Below are positions 42,778 to 53,797 of a stretch of 64,000 nt of DNA, in pieces. Both the position numbers and the translations under genes were made by a program. The stretch spans positions 358,915 through 422,914 of the forward strand of contig CAVUAR010000005.1 in assembly GCA_963739525.1 (NCBI GenBank), read 5' to 3'. Positions within the stretch are counted from its first letter, which is position 1; every line of letters starts with the position of its first letter. Below the pieces are notes generated by a model. It had not been told where the DNA came from and did no database searches. It saw only the letters and a list, made by a program, of their open reading frames with translations. The stretch comes from an uncultured Actinomycetes bacterium (GTDB lineage: Bacteria; Actinomycetota; Thermoleophilia; Gaiellales; Gaiellaceae).

Positions 42778-44743
42778 GTGAAGCAGAAGATTGATCTCCG
42801 GAGGCTTCGGCTTCGCGCAGTCGTTTCGGCGACCGTGGCGCTCGTGGCGCTCGGTGTCGCGCAGGCGGCGCAGGCGGCCGCGGGCGACATCGGCTACGCG
42901 GGGCCGTCGACGAACGGGGCCGGGACGGCGCCGACCGGCTCGAAGCCGGAGAGCAAGCTCTGGTGGAACGACGGTTTCTGGTGGGCGAGCATGTGCGTTC
43001 CGGCAGCGGATTCCACATCTTCAAGCTCGACGCCGGCACGCAGACGTGGTCGGACACGGGGTCGCCCTCGACGATCGTTCCGGCACCCGTGCGGACATCC
43101 TCTGGGACGCGGGCTCGGGCAAGCTGTACGTCGCCTCGCACAAGTTCGCCGACTCGTCGGCATCCGGCTATCCGTCCCGCCTCTATCGGTTCAGCTACGA
43201 CCCGGGCACGGACACGTACACGCGGGACCCGGGCTTCCCCGTCGCCATCAACAACTACCGAACCGAGACGCTGGTGATCGCCAAGGACTCGACAGGCCAG
43301 CTCTGGGCGACGTGGAGGCAGGGGACGGACATCCTCGTCGACCGAACCGTCTGCAGTCCCGTCTGCAACGACGCGACGTGGGGCACGCCCTTCGTCCTCG
43401 GCCCGTCGGTGAGCAGCGACGACATCTCGAACGTCATCGCGTTCGGCGGAGACAAGGTCGGCGTGATGTGGAGCGATCAGAGAACGGACCGCGACACCTT
43501 CGCGGTCCATGCCGACTCCGCGAACGACGACGTCTGGAGCACGGAGACGGCGCTCCAGGGCCCGGGAATGGCCGACGACCACATCAACCTCAAGACCGAC
43601 GACGCCGGCCGCGTGTTCGCGGCGGTCAAGACGTCGAAGAGCGGTTCCACCGACCCGCTCACGATGCTGCTGACCCGCGACCCCTCCGGTAGTTGGTCGA
43701 GTGCGGTCTTCGGACTCGTCCGCGACCACCACACGCGGCCGATCATCGAGCTCGACGAGACGAACGACGTCATCCACATGTTCGCCACCGCGCCCGAGTC
43801 CGGCGGAACCATCTACGAGAAGACGTCGCCGGTGAGCGCGATCTCCTTCCCGAGCGGGCTCGGGACGCCCGTCATGAAGGACGCGGACGGGAAGCTGAAC
43901 AACGTCACCTCGACGAAGCAGAACGTCACCGCCGAGACCGGCCTCGTCGTCGTTTCCTCGGGCAGCGCAGGCACCTACTGGCACGGCTTCCTTACCCTCG
44001 GGGGAGGCGGCGGCCCGGTGAAGCCGACGGCGAGCTTCACCGGCGCTCCAACGACGGGGATCGCTCCGCTCACGGTTCAGTTCACCGACTCCTCGACCGG
44101 CGCTCCGGACACGTGGGCGTGGGACTTCCAGAACGACGGCACGACGGACTCGGCGAGCCAGAATCCTCAGTTCACGTACACGAGCCCGGGCACCTACTCG
44201 GTGAAGCTGACCGTCGCGAACTCGGCGGGCAACTCCTCGCTCACGCGGACGAACTACATCACGGTCGGCTCGGCCGGCGGCGGAGGCACCGTCACGCTCG
44301 CCCCCACCGACGACGCGTACGTGCGCGTGAACTATCCGGACGAGAACACGGGCTCGCAGACGACGCTCAGGACGTACAAGGGCGACCGCACGGTCTCGTA
44401 CCTGAAGTTCTCCGTCGCCGGCGTCACGGGGCCCGTCGACGACGTCAAGCTTCGCCTCTACGTCACCGACCCGAGCGACGTGGCCGGGGCGATCTACTCG
44501 GTGGCCGACACCGCGTGGAGCGAAGGGACGATCACGTGGAACACGAGGCCGAGCGCCGGCAGCCTTCTCGGAGCCGGCGGCGCTGCAGCGAGCGGAACGT
44601 GGGTCGAGTTCGACCTCGGCGCGGCGATCGCGGCAGACGGCGTGTACAGCTTCGCCCTCAAGGACGGCGGAAGCGACGCGGTGTGGTACAGCAGCAAGGA
44701 AGGCTCGAAGCCGCCTCAGCTCGTCGTCAGCTTCGGCTCCTGA
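42778..44743 (+). pseudogene. secreted protein: conserved N-domain of unknown function + PKD + DNRLRE/CBM96-like domain; 2 frame switches near 43000 and 43065
   Basis: Signal peptide (ATVALVALGVAQAAQAAA), motif SKPESKLWWNDGFWWA, then a roughly 400-aa domain. PKD domain (APLTVQFTDSSTG...WAWDFQNDGTTDS...YTSPGTYSVKLTV). C-terminal module DDAYVRVNYPDENTG...SYLKFSV...VKLRLYV...WSEGTITWNTRP. Confidence 0.7.
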
Positions 44744-44833
44744 TCGACAGGGCGTTAGCCTAGAGAGCGAGCGGGGCTCTCCGGGGCGCGCCGCTGGCAA
44801 TTCGGGTAAGACGAGAGGGATCCCTGCTTCGCC

Positions 44834-46400
44834 ATGAAGACGGACGCCACCGCAACCGCTCCCCCCGAGTCCCTCACGGGTGCGGCCGGCGACGCTGCTA
44901 CCCGCAAGCAGATCCGCGGCTCGAGCCTGCTGCTCGTCGGGCGAGTCGTCTCGCTAGGCGTCAACTTCGCGGTCCAGATCGTCGTCATCCGCTACCTGAG
45001 CAAGAGCGATTACGGAGCGTTCGCATATGCCCTCTCGCTCGCCGGCCTGGGCACGAGCATCGCCACGTTCGGCCTCGATCGATCGATCACCCGCTTCGTG
45101 CCGATCTACGAGGAGCAGGGGAACTACGGGAAGGTCTGGGGCACGATCGTGCTGGCGGGTGGGGTCGTCACGTCGGTGGGGCTCCTCTGTGTCGCGCTCG
45201 TCTACGGGCTCCAGGGTGTCTTCGGCAACTCGCTGATGTCGGACTCGAGCACGACGTCGGTGCTCATGGTGCTCATCCTCCTCGTCCCGATTCAAAGCCT
45301 CGACGGCTTGCTCGTCGGCATGTTCGCCGTCTTCTCGAAGCCGCGCGCGATCTTCTTCCGGAAGTACGTCCTCGCGCCGGGACTCCGCCTGACGATCGTG
45401 CTCCTGCTCGTGCTCGGTCAGAAGGGCGTCGTCTTCCTCGCGGCGGGCTACGTCCTCTCGGCCGCCCTCGGCGTCGGGCTGTACCTCGTCATGCTCGAGC
45501 GCATGCTGCGAAGAGAGGGGCTGTTCGAGCGCTTCTCCGTCTCGACGATGCAGATCCCCGCACGCGAGGTCTTCGGCTTCACGATCCCCCTCCTCACCTC
45601 CGACCTCGTCTACATGACGATGAACACCTCGGACGTCGTCCTCCTCGGGCACTACGGAGGCGCGACCGACGTGGCCGCCTTCCGGGTGGTGATGCCGGCG
45701 GCCAATGCTGAACCAGCTCGTGATGTCGAGCTTCACCCTGCTGTTCACGCCGCTCGCGGCGCGCATGTTCGCCCGGGGCGACGAGGACGGGATCAACCAG
45801 CTCTACTGGCACACCGCGATCTGGATCGCCGTCCTCTCCTTCCCGATCTTCGCCCTGACCTTCTCGCTCGCACACCCGGTGACGACGACGCTCTTCGGCG
45901 AGCGCTACGCGGACTCGGCAACGTACCTGGCGCTCCTCTCCCTGGCCTACTACTTCAACGCTGCTCTCGGCTTCAACGGGCTGACGCTGAAAGTGTTCGG
46001 GCGCCTGCGCTACATCGTCTCGATCAACACCTTCGTCGCGTGCGCCAACCTCGGCCTGAACTTCCTGCTCATCCCGCGGTACGGGCCGCTCGGCGCCGCG
46101 ATCGGGACGACGAGCACACTCGTCCTGCACAACATCCTCAAGCAGGCCGGCCTTCTCCTGGATACCGGTGTTCGCCTCTTCCGCCGGGCCGACTTCGCCG
46201 TCTACGCGAGCATCGGAGCGGCGGCAGGAAGCGTGCTCGTCTTGCAGCTGCTCGTCTCCCCGCCGGCCATCGTGGGCTTCGTGGCGGCCGGCCTGGCCTC
46301 GGTCTTCGTCGTCGGCTACAACCGTTCTGCGCTTCGAGCCGCCGAGACCTTCCCCGAGCTCAGGCGCTTTCGCATCATCCGGCTCATCGTGGGCCAGTAG
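44834..46400 (+). pseudogene. wzx: polysaccharide flippase (Wzx/MOP family), single frame switch near 45703
   Basis: 12-14 TM helices. N-half is in ORF 44834 (IRGSSLLLVGRVVSLGVNFAVQIVVIRYL). C-half is in ORF 45705-46400 (LNQLVMSSFTLLFTPLAAR...). The shift is +1. Confidence 0.75.
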
Positions 46401-46414
46401 GCCAGGCGGAGACG

Positions 46415-47719
46415 TCAGACCGGCCCGGTCTGCAGGACCGCGCCGAGGAGATTGGCACCGGCGGGCTCGAGGCCCGCAAGGGCAGCTTCGACGTGCGTGC
46501 GGCTCGTGTGCTCGGCTCTGACGACCAGAACGGTCGCCCTGGCCGTGCGGGCCCACGTGAGCGCACCGCGCGAGCGGCTCGGCGGCGGGCCGTGGAGGAC
46601 GAGGATGTCGGCGTCGGCGGACAGCCACCCGAGGAGCTCCTCCGCCGTCTCGCTGCTGAGCGCGCCCTGCGTGCGCCTGGGCAACGCGAGCACGAACGGC
46701 ACTCCGGAGCGGAGGGCGTAGCGGTCCAAGGTCACGTCCCGGCACTCGAGCGGCGTCGACCGCTTGACCATCTTCCCGCGCGTGCCCGGCTCGCCGAGCC
46801 CGAACAGACGGCCGACACGGTCTCCTCCGCCGAAGTCCGCAAGAACCACGCGACGACCGTCGTGGGCGAGCGTGAGCGCGAGCTTCGACGCCACGAGCGC
46901 GCTGCTCTCATCGTCCTCGGCGCCCAGGACGAGCAGGCTGGGCGGTTCCTGCGCGCTGTTGGCAACCGCGATCTGCGTCGCGAGCCGCCGATACGAGGCT
47001 GCCTCTTCCGTGCCGTTCTCGTTCGGACCCAGAGACCCTCGGCCGTGAGGGGGCAGTCCTCCGTTCACGGAGGCGAGGACGGGCAGGTTGCCGAGCGCGC
47101 TGAGCGCGTCCTCGTCCGACACCCTCGGCTTGCGCGCTTCGGCAATGAAGGCGAACGCGAAGGCGGCGAAGAGCCCGGCCGCCGCGCCGAATGCCAAGGA
47201 GAGCGCGGGCCGCGGGCGGACGCGAGCCGCCGACTTGGCGGGGTCGACCAACCGCACGCGAGGTGGCGCCGTCGGAGGCGTGCCGGATGTCGACGAGACG
47301 GCCGCGGTAGACACGTACCACCGCAAGCCGGCGGAGAGGGCGTTCGCGAGGGCGACTGCCTCACGCCCCGTGGGCGCGTCGGCACGAACGGTCACGAGTC
47401 GCGTGTCCTGGTTGGATTCGCCCCGGACTCGCTGCCGGAGCCTGTCGAGCGAGACGGGCACGTGCGTCGAGCGGAGGGCATAGGCGAGCACGGGCGTGCT
47501 CCGGACCATCTCGGCGTACGTCGGGGTGAGCGCCGCGGCCTGCCTCGTTCCTCCGGCGGCCGTAGGAGTCTCGACGAGGACCTGGGCGCTCGCGTCGTAG
47601 GTCGGCGAGACCCAGGAGCCGATGGCCCACGAGACGAGCGCGCCTCCCACCGTGGCGAGCAGGAGCGGCAGCCACCATCTCCGCAGCAGCGAGGGAAGCC
47701 GGATGGATGGATCGGCCAT
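46415..47719 (-). CDS. second Wzz-like/BY-kinase-like protein with degenerate Walker A and A'
   Basis: Same architecture as 31376-32614: two TM helices, then a C-domain with LGAEDDESSALVASKLA instead of GxGKS/T and VVLADFGGGDR instead of DxDLR. Confidence 0.65.
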   Translation of the reverse strand: MADPSIRLPSLLRRWWLPLLLATVGGALVSWAIGSWVSPTYDASAQVLVETPTAAGGTRQAAALTPTYAEMVRSTPVLAYALRSTHVPVSLDRLRQRVRGESNQDTRLVTVRADAPTGREAVALANALSAGLRWYVSTAAVSSTSGTPPTAPPRVRLVDPAKSAARVRPRPALSLAFGAAAGLFAAFAFAFIAEARKPRVSDEDALSALGNLPVLASVNGGLPPHGRGSLGPNENGTEEAASYRRLATQIAVANSAQEPPSLLVLGAEDDESSALVASKLALTLAHDGRRVVLADFGGGDRVGRLFGLGEPGTRGKMVKRSTPLECRDVTLDRYALRSGVPFVLALPRRTQGALSSETAEELLGWLSADADILVLHGPPPSRSRGALTWARTARATVLVVRAEHTSRTHVEAALAGLEPAGANLLGAVLQTGPV

Positions 47720-47819
47720 GCCCTAACAGCGTAGTCCGGCGAGTGATGGGCGTTGCGAGACGACGAGGAGGGCCCCCGAGGGGCCCTCCTCGTCTTACGC
47801 TAGCGCCTGGCAGACGGAA

Positions 47820-49097
47820 TTACCGGTGCCGAGGCTTGATCCTCAGGTAGGCGTGCCAGTAGTGCTTCGTGTCCGGGTTCGTTGCGAGGACGATCAGGCG
47901 GGTCTTGTTGCTGATCCTCTGCTTCGTCGACGTCGGGTTCGCCATCTCGCTGCCGCTGTCTCGGATCACGCGGGCGCCCGCCCTGAGCACCGGGAACGAG
48001 GGGTGGTCGAGCCGCGATGTCTTCATGAAGATCGCGGTGTTGTGAGTCGACCCTTCGAAGACCCGGATACGGTTGTGCTGCTCGTCCAAGAGGACGATCG
48101 GGCGCGTGTGGTCGAGCGAGGCGCGAGTGACCGTGAAGTGCTTCCACTTCCCCCCCGTCCCCCGCCGGAGGAGCATCGTGCCCGGGTTGGTCTCGCCCTT
48201 GAACTTCGTCTTCGTGACCGCGTAGACGCGACCGCTCGAATCGGTCTTCAGGTTGATGTGGTCGTCGGCCATCTTGCGGCCCCCGACCGCAACTTCGGGC
48301 GTCGAGGACCAGGCCGTCACAGGATCGCCGTCCTGATGAACGGCGAACAGCGATCCGGTCGTTGTTCACATCCGTCGTGTTGCTCCAAGCCACGCCGACC
48401 TTGTCGCCGCCGACACGGACGACGGAGGAGATGTCGTCGGGCGCGACGTCGTCGAGCGTCACGGTCGGACCGGTGAAGGTGCATTGCGCGAAGTTGGCGA
48501 CACAGTTGCCGTCCGTCGGCTTGACGTAGACCTGGTGCGTCCCGCCCCCCGTCGCCTGCACCCACGTCGCCCAGATGGCTCCGTTCGAGTCGCGGTCGAT
48601 CACGAGCGTCTCGCTCTTCTGCCCGTCGATCGGCTCGAAACCGTCGAGCGAGTACTTGTTCAGCCCGGTGTTGTACGTGAAGACGAAGAGCCGCATCTCG
48701 TCCGTCGGGTCGGGCGTGGAGTCGTTGTGGGAGACATCACGTACTTGTGCGAGGCAATGAACAGCTTGTTGCCCGTCGAGAGGACGTCCTGGCGGGTGCT
48801 GTCGCGACTGTCGACGAGGACTCCGGTGTCGATCCACCTCTGCTTGCTGAGGTTGAGCCGGAAGATGTGGTAGTCGTTGTTCGTGGGCGAGACCTTCTTG
48901 GCCATGACCGCCCACCAGAAGCCGTCGTTGAACCACAGCTTGCTCTCGGGCTTCGATGTCGTCGGCGGGCCGTTCGTGCCGGCCGTATACGCCCGGTCCC
49001 TGATGCCCGCGTCCGCGCGGACGACTGCCGGTACGAGTAGCGCGGCGACGAGGCCGCAGAGAATCGTGCACGCAGCGAGAACCGTCTTAGCCTTCAT
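47820..49097 (-). pseudogene. secreted paralogue of 42778-44743 (N-domain only), 2 frame switches near 48740 and 48350
   Basis: ATG 49097 after AAGGGAGAG. Signal peptide, SKPESKLWFNDGFWWA, LFIASHKY, SETLVIDRDSNGAIWATW, DDISSVVRVGGDKVGVAWS, MADDHINLKTD. Visibly lower GC (about 58% in the lines counted). Confidence 0.65.
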
Positions 49098-49175
49098 TCA
49101 CTCTCCCTTTCCGCAGGTCTATGTCCGCAGCCAGGGCCCGAGCGAATGCCCCTACCCTGTCCCGGGCTCGCAAAC

Positions 49176-50252
49176 CTATCGTTTCGAGGCGTCGTGCGTC
49201 GGTGTCAACGTGTATGGAGTCCGTGAACCTCCGGTCCTGGGTCGCGGTCTTCCCCACCAGGGAAGAAGCTGCGCCCGGAGAAGCGGGATCGTCGAGGCCC
49301 GGCCGACGTTGATCCGCCTGAGACGCAGCCAATTCCCATCTCGAACGTCGTTGGTGCCCCGCTGGGTCGTGAAGGCGAGCTCGAACCGCTCCTCCGCGAG
49401 CACGTCGGCGATCTCGGGACTCTCGCCGCCTGCCGGATAGGCGAAGACCCTGGGGACCGGCCCGACCTCGCGGGTGAGGTCCTCGACGGAGCCGACGATC
49501 TCCTTCCGGGCCGCGTCGATCGACAGGCGGTCGAGAAGGGGGTGAGTCCGCGAATGAGGCGCGAGGGCCACCCCCTCCGCCTGAAGCTTTCGAAGCTCGC
49601 TCCAGCCCAGGACGGCAGATCCCACCGGTGGCGCCCCCAGGACCCGACAGAGGTCGTCCACGAGCGTCATGGCCTCCTCGTGAGGCAAGGACTTCACGAC
49701 GTCCCGAAGTCGCCTGTAGGCGGCCAGCCGGTTGGAGCTCGAGTCGAGACGAAGCTCACCGACCGGCGTGTCGATGGCCCGCGTCGAGGCCGGCGCCGTC
49801 AGCGCCGAGAACAGCCGGTCCCACCAGAACCCCGACGCGCTTCCCGGGTATGCGGTGGGGACGAAGAGGACGACGGGGACCCCCTGCTTCTGCAGGATCG
49901 GCCAGGCTTCCGCCGCAAAATCGCGATAGCCGTCGTCGAACGTCACGAGCACGGACCGAAGCGGCAACTCTGCCTCGCCGCGGCGAACAGCGAGAAGTTC
50001 CTCCAGTGACAGCGGTCGATAGCGCGACGCGATCAGTGCCATCTGCTCCTCGAACTCGGACGGCAGCGCGCTGACGAGACCCGGGTAGAGCTGCGGCGAG
50101 CGGGCCGGGTCGTCCACTCGGTGGTAGGTGAGGACCGCGAGCGCCCCCTGTCTTGGTCGGGCCGATCTCTCGAGCCCGGCCACGAGCCAGCCAAAGGCCC
50201 TCCCGCGAGACGCAGCGAGCGCGGAACGCCGAAGCACAGGGCTCACGCTCAC
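49176..50252 (-). CDS. polysaccharide deacetylase (NodB/CE4 family)
   Basis: VLVTFDDGYRDF (NodB motif 1) and APHSRTHPLL. GTGA overlap with the ATP-grasp stop. Confidence 0.8.
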   Translation of the reverse strand: MSVSPVLRRSALAASRGRAFGWLVAGLERSARPRQGALAVLTYHRVDDPARSPQLYPGLVSALPSEFEEQMALIASRYRPLSLEELLAVRRGEAELPLRSVLVTFDDGYRDFAAEAWPILQKQGVPVVLFVPTAYPGSASGFWWDRLFSALTAPASTRAIDTPVGELRLDSSSNRLAAYRRLRDVVKSLPHEEAMTLVDDLCRVLGAPPVGSAVLGWSELRKLQAEGVALAPHSRTHPLLDRLSIDAARKEIVGSVEDLTREVGPVPRVFAYPAGGESPEIADVLAEERFELAFTTQRGTNDVRDGNWLRLRRINVGRASTIPLLRAQLLPWWGRPRPRTGGSRTPYTLTPTHDASKR

Positions 50253-51439
50253 GGCCGCATCTTCCGAGCGAGCTTCGCGGGGATCCTCGCGATCTCGGCC
50301 AGGCCGGGTCGCGGGTCGTCCCGGCTGAGGACGTCGTAGCCGTCCTTCGGGTAGGCAAGCCTGACCGCGGCCTGGATCGCCTCGCGCCGACGAGGCACCG
50401 CGACCAGCCGATGATCCTGTCTCCCGCGCAGTGTCGAGGCGATCCAGAGAACTTCAAGATCGAGATTCCGCGACCGGACGCCGACCTGGTAGCGCCTATA
50501 GGGCGTGTGCCCGTTCTCGGGCGGACCCGTGAGGTAGAGCTCTGCCATCCGCGCCGGAAAGTCGACGCCGCTCTTCACCGCAAGCGGCAGCGATCCCCAG
50601 ACGCGCCCGTTGATCTCCATCAGGCGTGGGCCCTCGTCTCCGATCTTGAACTCCACCATCGCAAGACCCGTCCAGTCGAGCGCGGCGAGTAGCCGCGTGG
50701 CGTAGTCGTAGAGAGTTGGATCGAGCGCGACGCTCTCCCGAAACGAGCTCGCACCGCCCGTGATGGGCACCTCATGGAGCCGGCGATGCTGGAAGACGGC
50801 GAGCGGCCGCCCGCGATCCAACAGAAGCTCGACTCCGTGCCCCTCCCCCCGACAGTACTCCTGCAGCAACACCTCCGAGCGTCCCTCGAGCCGCCCGACC
50901 TCGGCAGCGAGAGCATCCGGGTTGTCCGCGTATGCGACCTCGTAGTGCTCGACCGGGCGCTCGCTGCGGCGAGCACTCGACGATCTCGGCTTGAGCACGA
51001 TCGGCCACCCGAGCGGCCCCGCGGCTTGGAGCGCTTCCTCGACGGTCGAGACAAGGGCCGTCCGTGGGACGGGGACCTGCTGCTCGCGTGCGAGCGACAG
51101 AGTGGCGAGCTTGTCCTGGGTCTTTGCGTATGCATCCTTCGCCGGCAAGGCGATGGCGCAAACGCCGGCGAATCGAGCGCGCTCTTCGGAGAGCAGGAAA
51201 GCCAGCTCGTCCCCGACGGGAACGATGAGGTCGACCCGATGCGCGGAAGCCGTCCGGAGCAGACTCTCGATCGTCCCTGCAGGATCCGTCCTTGGCGACG
51301 GATACCGGACTCGACCCGAGGCGTAACGAGAAAGGAAGCCTGGGCTACGGCCCTCGAAATCGGCGGCAATTACATCGAGCCCGCGGGCACCGAGCGACCG
51401 GATGATCGTGATCGCCGCTCCGCGAGCGGCGTCTGTCAC
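50249..51439 (-). CDS. ATP-grasp domain ligase
   Basis: 396 aa. N-terminal pre-ATP-grasp pattern TDAARGAAITIIRSLGARGLDV, PIVLKPRSS, LLQEYCRGEGHGVELL, MVEFKIGDEGPRLMEINGRVWGSL. Confidence 0.75.
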   Translation of the reverse strand: MTDAARGAAITIIRSLGARGLDVIAADFEGRSPGFLSRYASGRVRYPSPRTDPAGTIESLLRTASAHRVDLIVPVGDELAFLLSEERARFAGVCAIALPAKDAYAKTQDKLATLSLAREQQVPVPRTALVSTVEEALQAAGPLGWPIVLKPRSSSARRSERPVEHYEVAYADNPDALAAEVGRLEGRSEVLLQEYCRGEGHGVELLLDRGRPLAVFQHRRLHEVPITGGASSFRESVALDPTLYDYATRLLAALDWTGLAMVEFKIGDEGPRLMEINGRVWGSLPLAVKSGVDFPARMAELYLTGPPENGHTPYRRYQVGVRSRNLDLEVLWIASTLRGRQDHRLVAVPRRREAIQAAVRLAYPKDGYDVLSRDDPRPGLAEIARIPAKLARKMRP

Positions 51440-51453
51440 GAGAACCCGCCCTG

Positions 51454-52179
51454 TCAGAACCCGACCTCCTCCGCCACTGCGGGCCGCCGTCTCGTCGAGT
51501 AGCTCTCGATGGCGCTTGCGACGTCGCGCGTGACCGCCTCGAGCGGGCGGTTTGCGTCCACGACGGCGAATCCGTCGAGAACCTCGCCGAGCTCCAGGTA
51601 CTCTCGCCGGCGTCGCTCGAGCGATTCGAGCGTCCCCTCCCCCTTGCGTTGGAGCAGAACCTCAGCCGGGGCGTCCAGATAGATGACCAGATCTGGTCTG
51701 GGATAGAGGCGCGCGAGGATGAAGCCGTGCAGCCGCCTGCTCGCCGTGCGGCGCGGTTTGGCGGCGATGTCGTATGCGTAGTAGTCGGCGAAGAAGTGTC
51801 GGTCGAAGACGACCACCTCGCCGCGGCGGCGGTGCACGGTTGCGACCAGCGCGCGATGCCATTCCTCGGCGAGACGGTTGCCGAGGCGGACGAACGAACG
51901 GACCGAACGAAGCCCGCGTTCCATCCGGCCCCGCGGAGGGGCCGGCTCAGCGGCCCGCGAGTCCTTTGGCCCGGACGCGTCAGGCATCGCGCCGCGGCGC
52001 CGGCGAAGCGCATGGACGACGCGCGTAGTCGGAAGCAGATGGTTGCTCGAATCCGGATTGACGCCCATGTAGAGGTACTCGACCGGGAACGGAAGCGCCG
52101 CTTCGAGCCGGCGGGCGACCGTCGTCTTGCCCGCCCCGTCGGGGCCGATCAAAGCGACTGTGAAGCCGCGTCCGGTCAT
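51454..52179 (-). CDS. dTMP-kinase-like P-loop kinase
   Basis: MTGRGFTVALIGPDGAGKTT Walker A, VVFDRHF (Walker B-like), DLVIYLDAP. ATGA overlap with the APH stop. It is the last 241 aa of track ORF 51454-53694. Confidence 0.7.
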   Translation of the reverse strand: MTGRGFTVALIGPDGAGKTTVARRLEAALPFPVEYLYMGVNPDSSNHLLPTTRVVHALRRRRGAMPDASGPKDSRAAEPAPPRGRMERGLRSVRSFVRLGNRLAEEWHRALVATVHRRRGEVVVFDRHFFADYYAYDIAAKPRRTASRRLHGFILARLYPRPDLVIYLDAPAEVLLQRKGEGTLESLERRRREYLELGEVLDGFAVVDANRPLEAVTRDVASAIESYSTRRRPAVAEEVGF

Positions 52180-53190
52180 CGGCTCCAGGCCAGATCGTGC
52201 AGGTTGTCGAGCGTGTGGCTCCAGAACTGGTAGTACCGGTTTTGGCGCACCCAAGCTGCGCTTTCCCGATCCATGGTCGGCCGATCGGCTCCGATTCGCA
52301 CGGCGAGCCGCGCCGTATATCGGGCCCAGCAGGCGACGAACAGCGGCGTGAGCAGCGCCCGGTCGAGTTCGATCGCGTCTGCGTACGCGATCATCCTCGC
52401 CCGTGCCCATGCAGATCGGCCGAAGAAGGCATCGGCGAAGACCTTCGCGTAACCCTCGGCGGCAGGCGCGCGGCGAAGCGAAAGCGTCGCGAACGCGAGG
52501 AAGAAGCTGAGGTCGTGCAACGGCAGGCCCTGCTCTTCGGCGAGCTCCCAGTCGACGACGCCCACTCGATGATCCGGGAGCAGGATCAGGTTGGGATGGC
52601 TGAGGTCGCCGTGCTCGAGCACATGGGGCAACGGGCCCTCGCGAAGCGGCTCGACGATCTCGAGCGTCCGAACAACGAGGTCTTGCTCGGCCGCTGCTTC
52701 CGGAAACGATGCGGCGAAGAGGGACAGGGGCTCCGCGACGAGTCGTTCGAAGGAGAGGGTGCCGTCGGCGCCACGCGGCAGGCTCATGAGCCAGCGGACG
52801 ACCTCGTCGATGTACCGCGACGGGACCTGCCCGGAGCACGTCGCGGGTCAGGAGCGGCCCGACGAGCGCCGTTTCGACGAGGACAGGGCGATCACCATCC
52901 GTATGCGCGACGACCCGCGGAGCGGAACGCCCTGCGTCCGGGCAGCGCTCCTGGAGGGTGGTGAGGATGCGGGCCTCCCGGGCGATTCCGTCGTCGTCTC
53001 GCGGAAGCCGTGGCATCTTGACGACGAGGCTCGGCTCGACGGCCCCGTTCGGGATCAGGAGCGCGACGACGTGCCGTGACGTTCGAAAACGTGGCGTGAG
53101 GATGACGCAAGAGGCGCCCTCGCCCACATCCAATTCGTCCAGCCGGAACCGATCCCGCAGGGCGTCCACGCGCGACAAGATCGCGTTCAT
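52176..53190 (-). pseudogene. APH/choline-kinase-fold phosphotransferase, single frame switch near 52828
   Basis: MNAILSRVDAL...LVVKMPR (Lys of the VAIK-like motif) in one frame. RYIDEVVRWL...LEHGDLSHPNLIL...VVDWE is in ORF 52176-52787. The shift is +1. ATGA overlap with the upstream gene. Confidence 0.75.
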
Positions 53191-53792
53191 CCGGTTGCCT
53201 TCCGCTCCGGCGGCAGCCGTCCGAGAACGCTCGCGCACGGAACGAAGAGCGCGAGCTGGCGGGTGCCCGCGAGCACCGGCGCGAGACGCATCAGTAGCCG
53301 CGTCCGGCTCATCCGAGCGCGCCGCACACCGTGACGCACTGCAGCGGCATCGTCGAGGGGGACGATCGCCCGGCAGGATGCGAAGTCCGGCCAGTGGACA
53401 AAGGTGCCGATGTCGGCGAACCCTCGTTTCCGGAGCGCGCCTGCATAGCCACGGGCGGAGCGCGAGGCGCGCGCTTCGGTTCGCCTGAGCGACTTCTCGA
53501 CCTCGACGTAAAGCCAGCCTCCGGGACGCAGAACGCTGGTCGCGGCATCGAGCATGTCGTCGCTCGGGGTTCGGAGCACAACGAGGTCGTAGGGCGCTTC
53601 GGATCCTCCCCGTCGGCCCGCCTCCAACGTGACCAGCTCGGCGCTGAAAAGCCGCAGCGACTCGAGTAGTTCTTCGTCGGAGACTCCGATGCACGCGACC
53701 CGGCCGAGCTCCGGGTCGGGAAGCAGGAATCGCCAGTCGACCCGGCGTGACGCGAGCAGCAGGGCGTCGTGGTTGACGACTTCCACCTGCAT
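53187..53792 (-). CDS. methyltransferase-fold protein without canonical SAM loop
   Basis: 201 aa. WRFLLPDPELGRVACIGVSDEE...YDLVVL...LRPGGWLYVEV is a paralogue of the N-domain of 32643-34352. ACIGVSDE stands where VLDxGxGxG is expected. Confidence 0.6.
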   Translation of the reverse strand: MQVEVVNHDALLLASRRVDWRFLLPDPELGRVACIGVSDEELLESLRLFSAELVTLEAGRRGGSEAPYDLVVLRTPSDDMLDAATSVLRPGGWLYVEVEKSLRRTEARASRSARGYAGALRKRGFADIGTFVHWPDFASCRAIVPLDDAAAVRHGVRRARMSRTRLLMRLAPVLAGTRQLALFVPCASVLGRLPPERKATG

Positions 53793-53797
53793 GGCCG

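Noticed and set aside
46401-47734. The 966-aa plus-strand ORF 44834-47734 continuing far beyond wzx.
   Set aside because: After about 45700 the frame is Arg/Pro/Gly-rich nonsense. It runs antisense to the well-supported Wzz-like gene 46415-47719. Wzx itself continues in another frame and ends at 46400.
51454-53694. A single 746-aa ORF spanning this region.
   Set aside because: It is a read-through composite. The first 168 codons are out of frame over the methyltransferase-like gene. The middle is the APH N-terminus. The last 241 aa are the P-loop kinase, which has its own ATG and an ATGA overlap.
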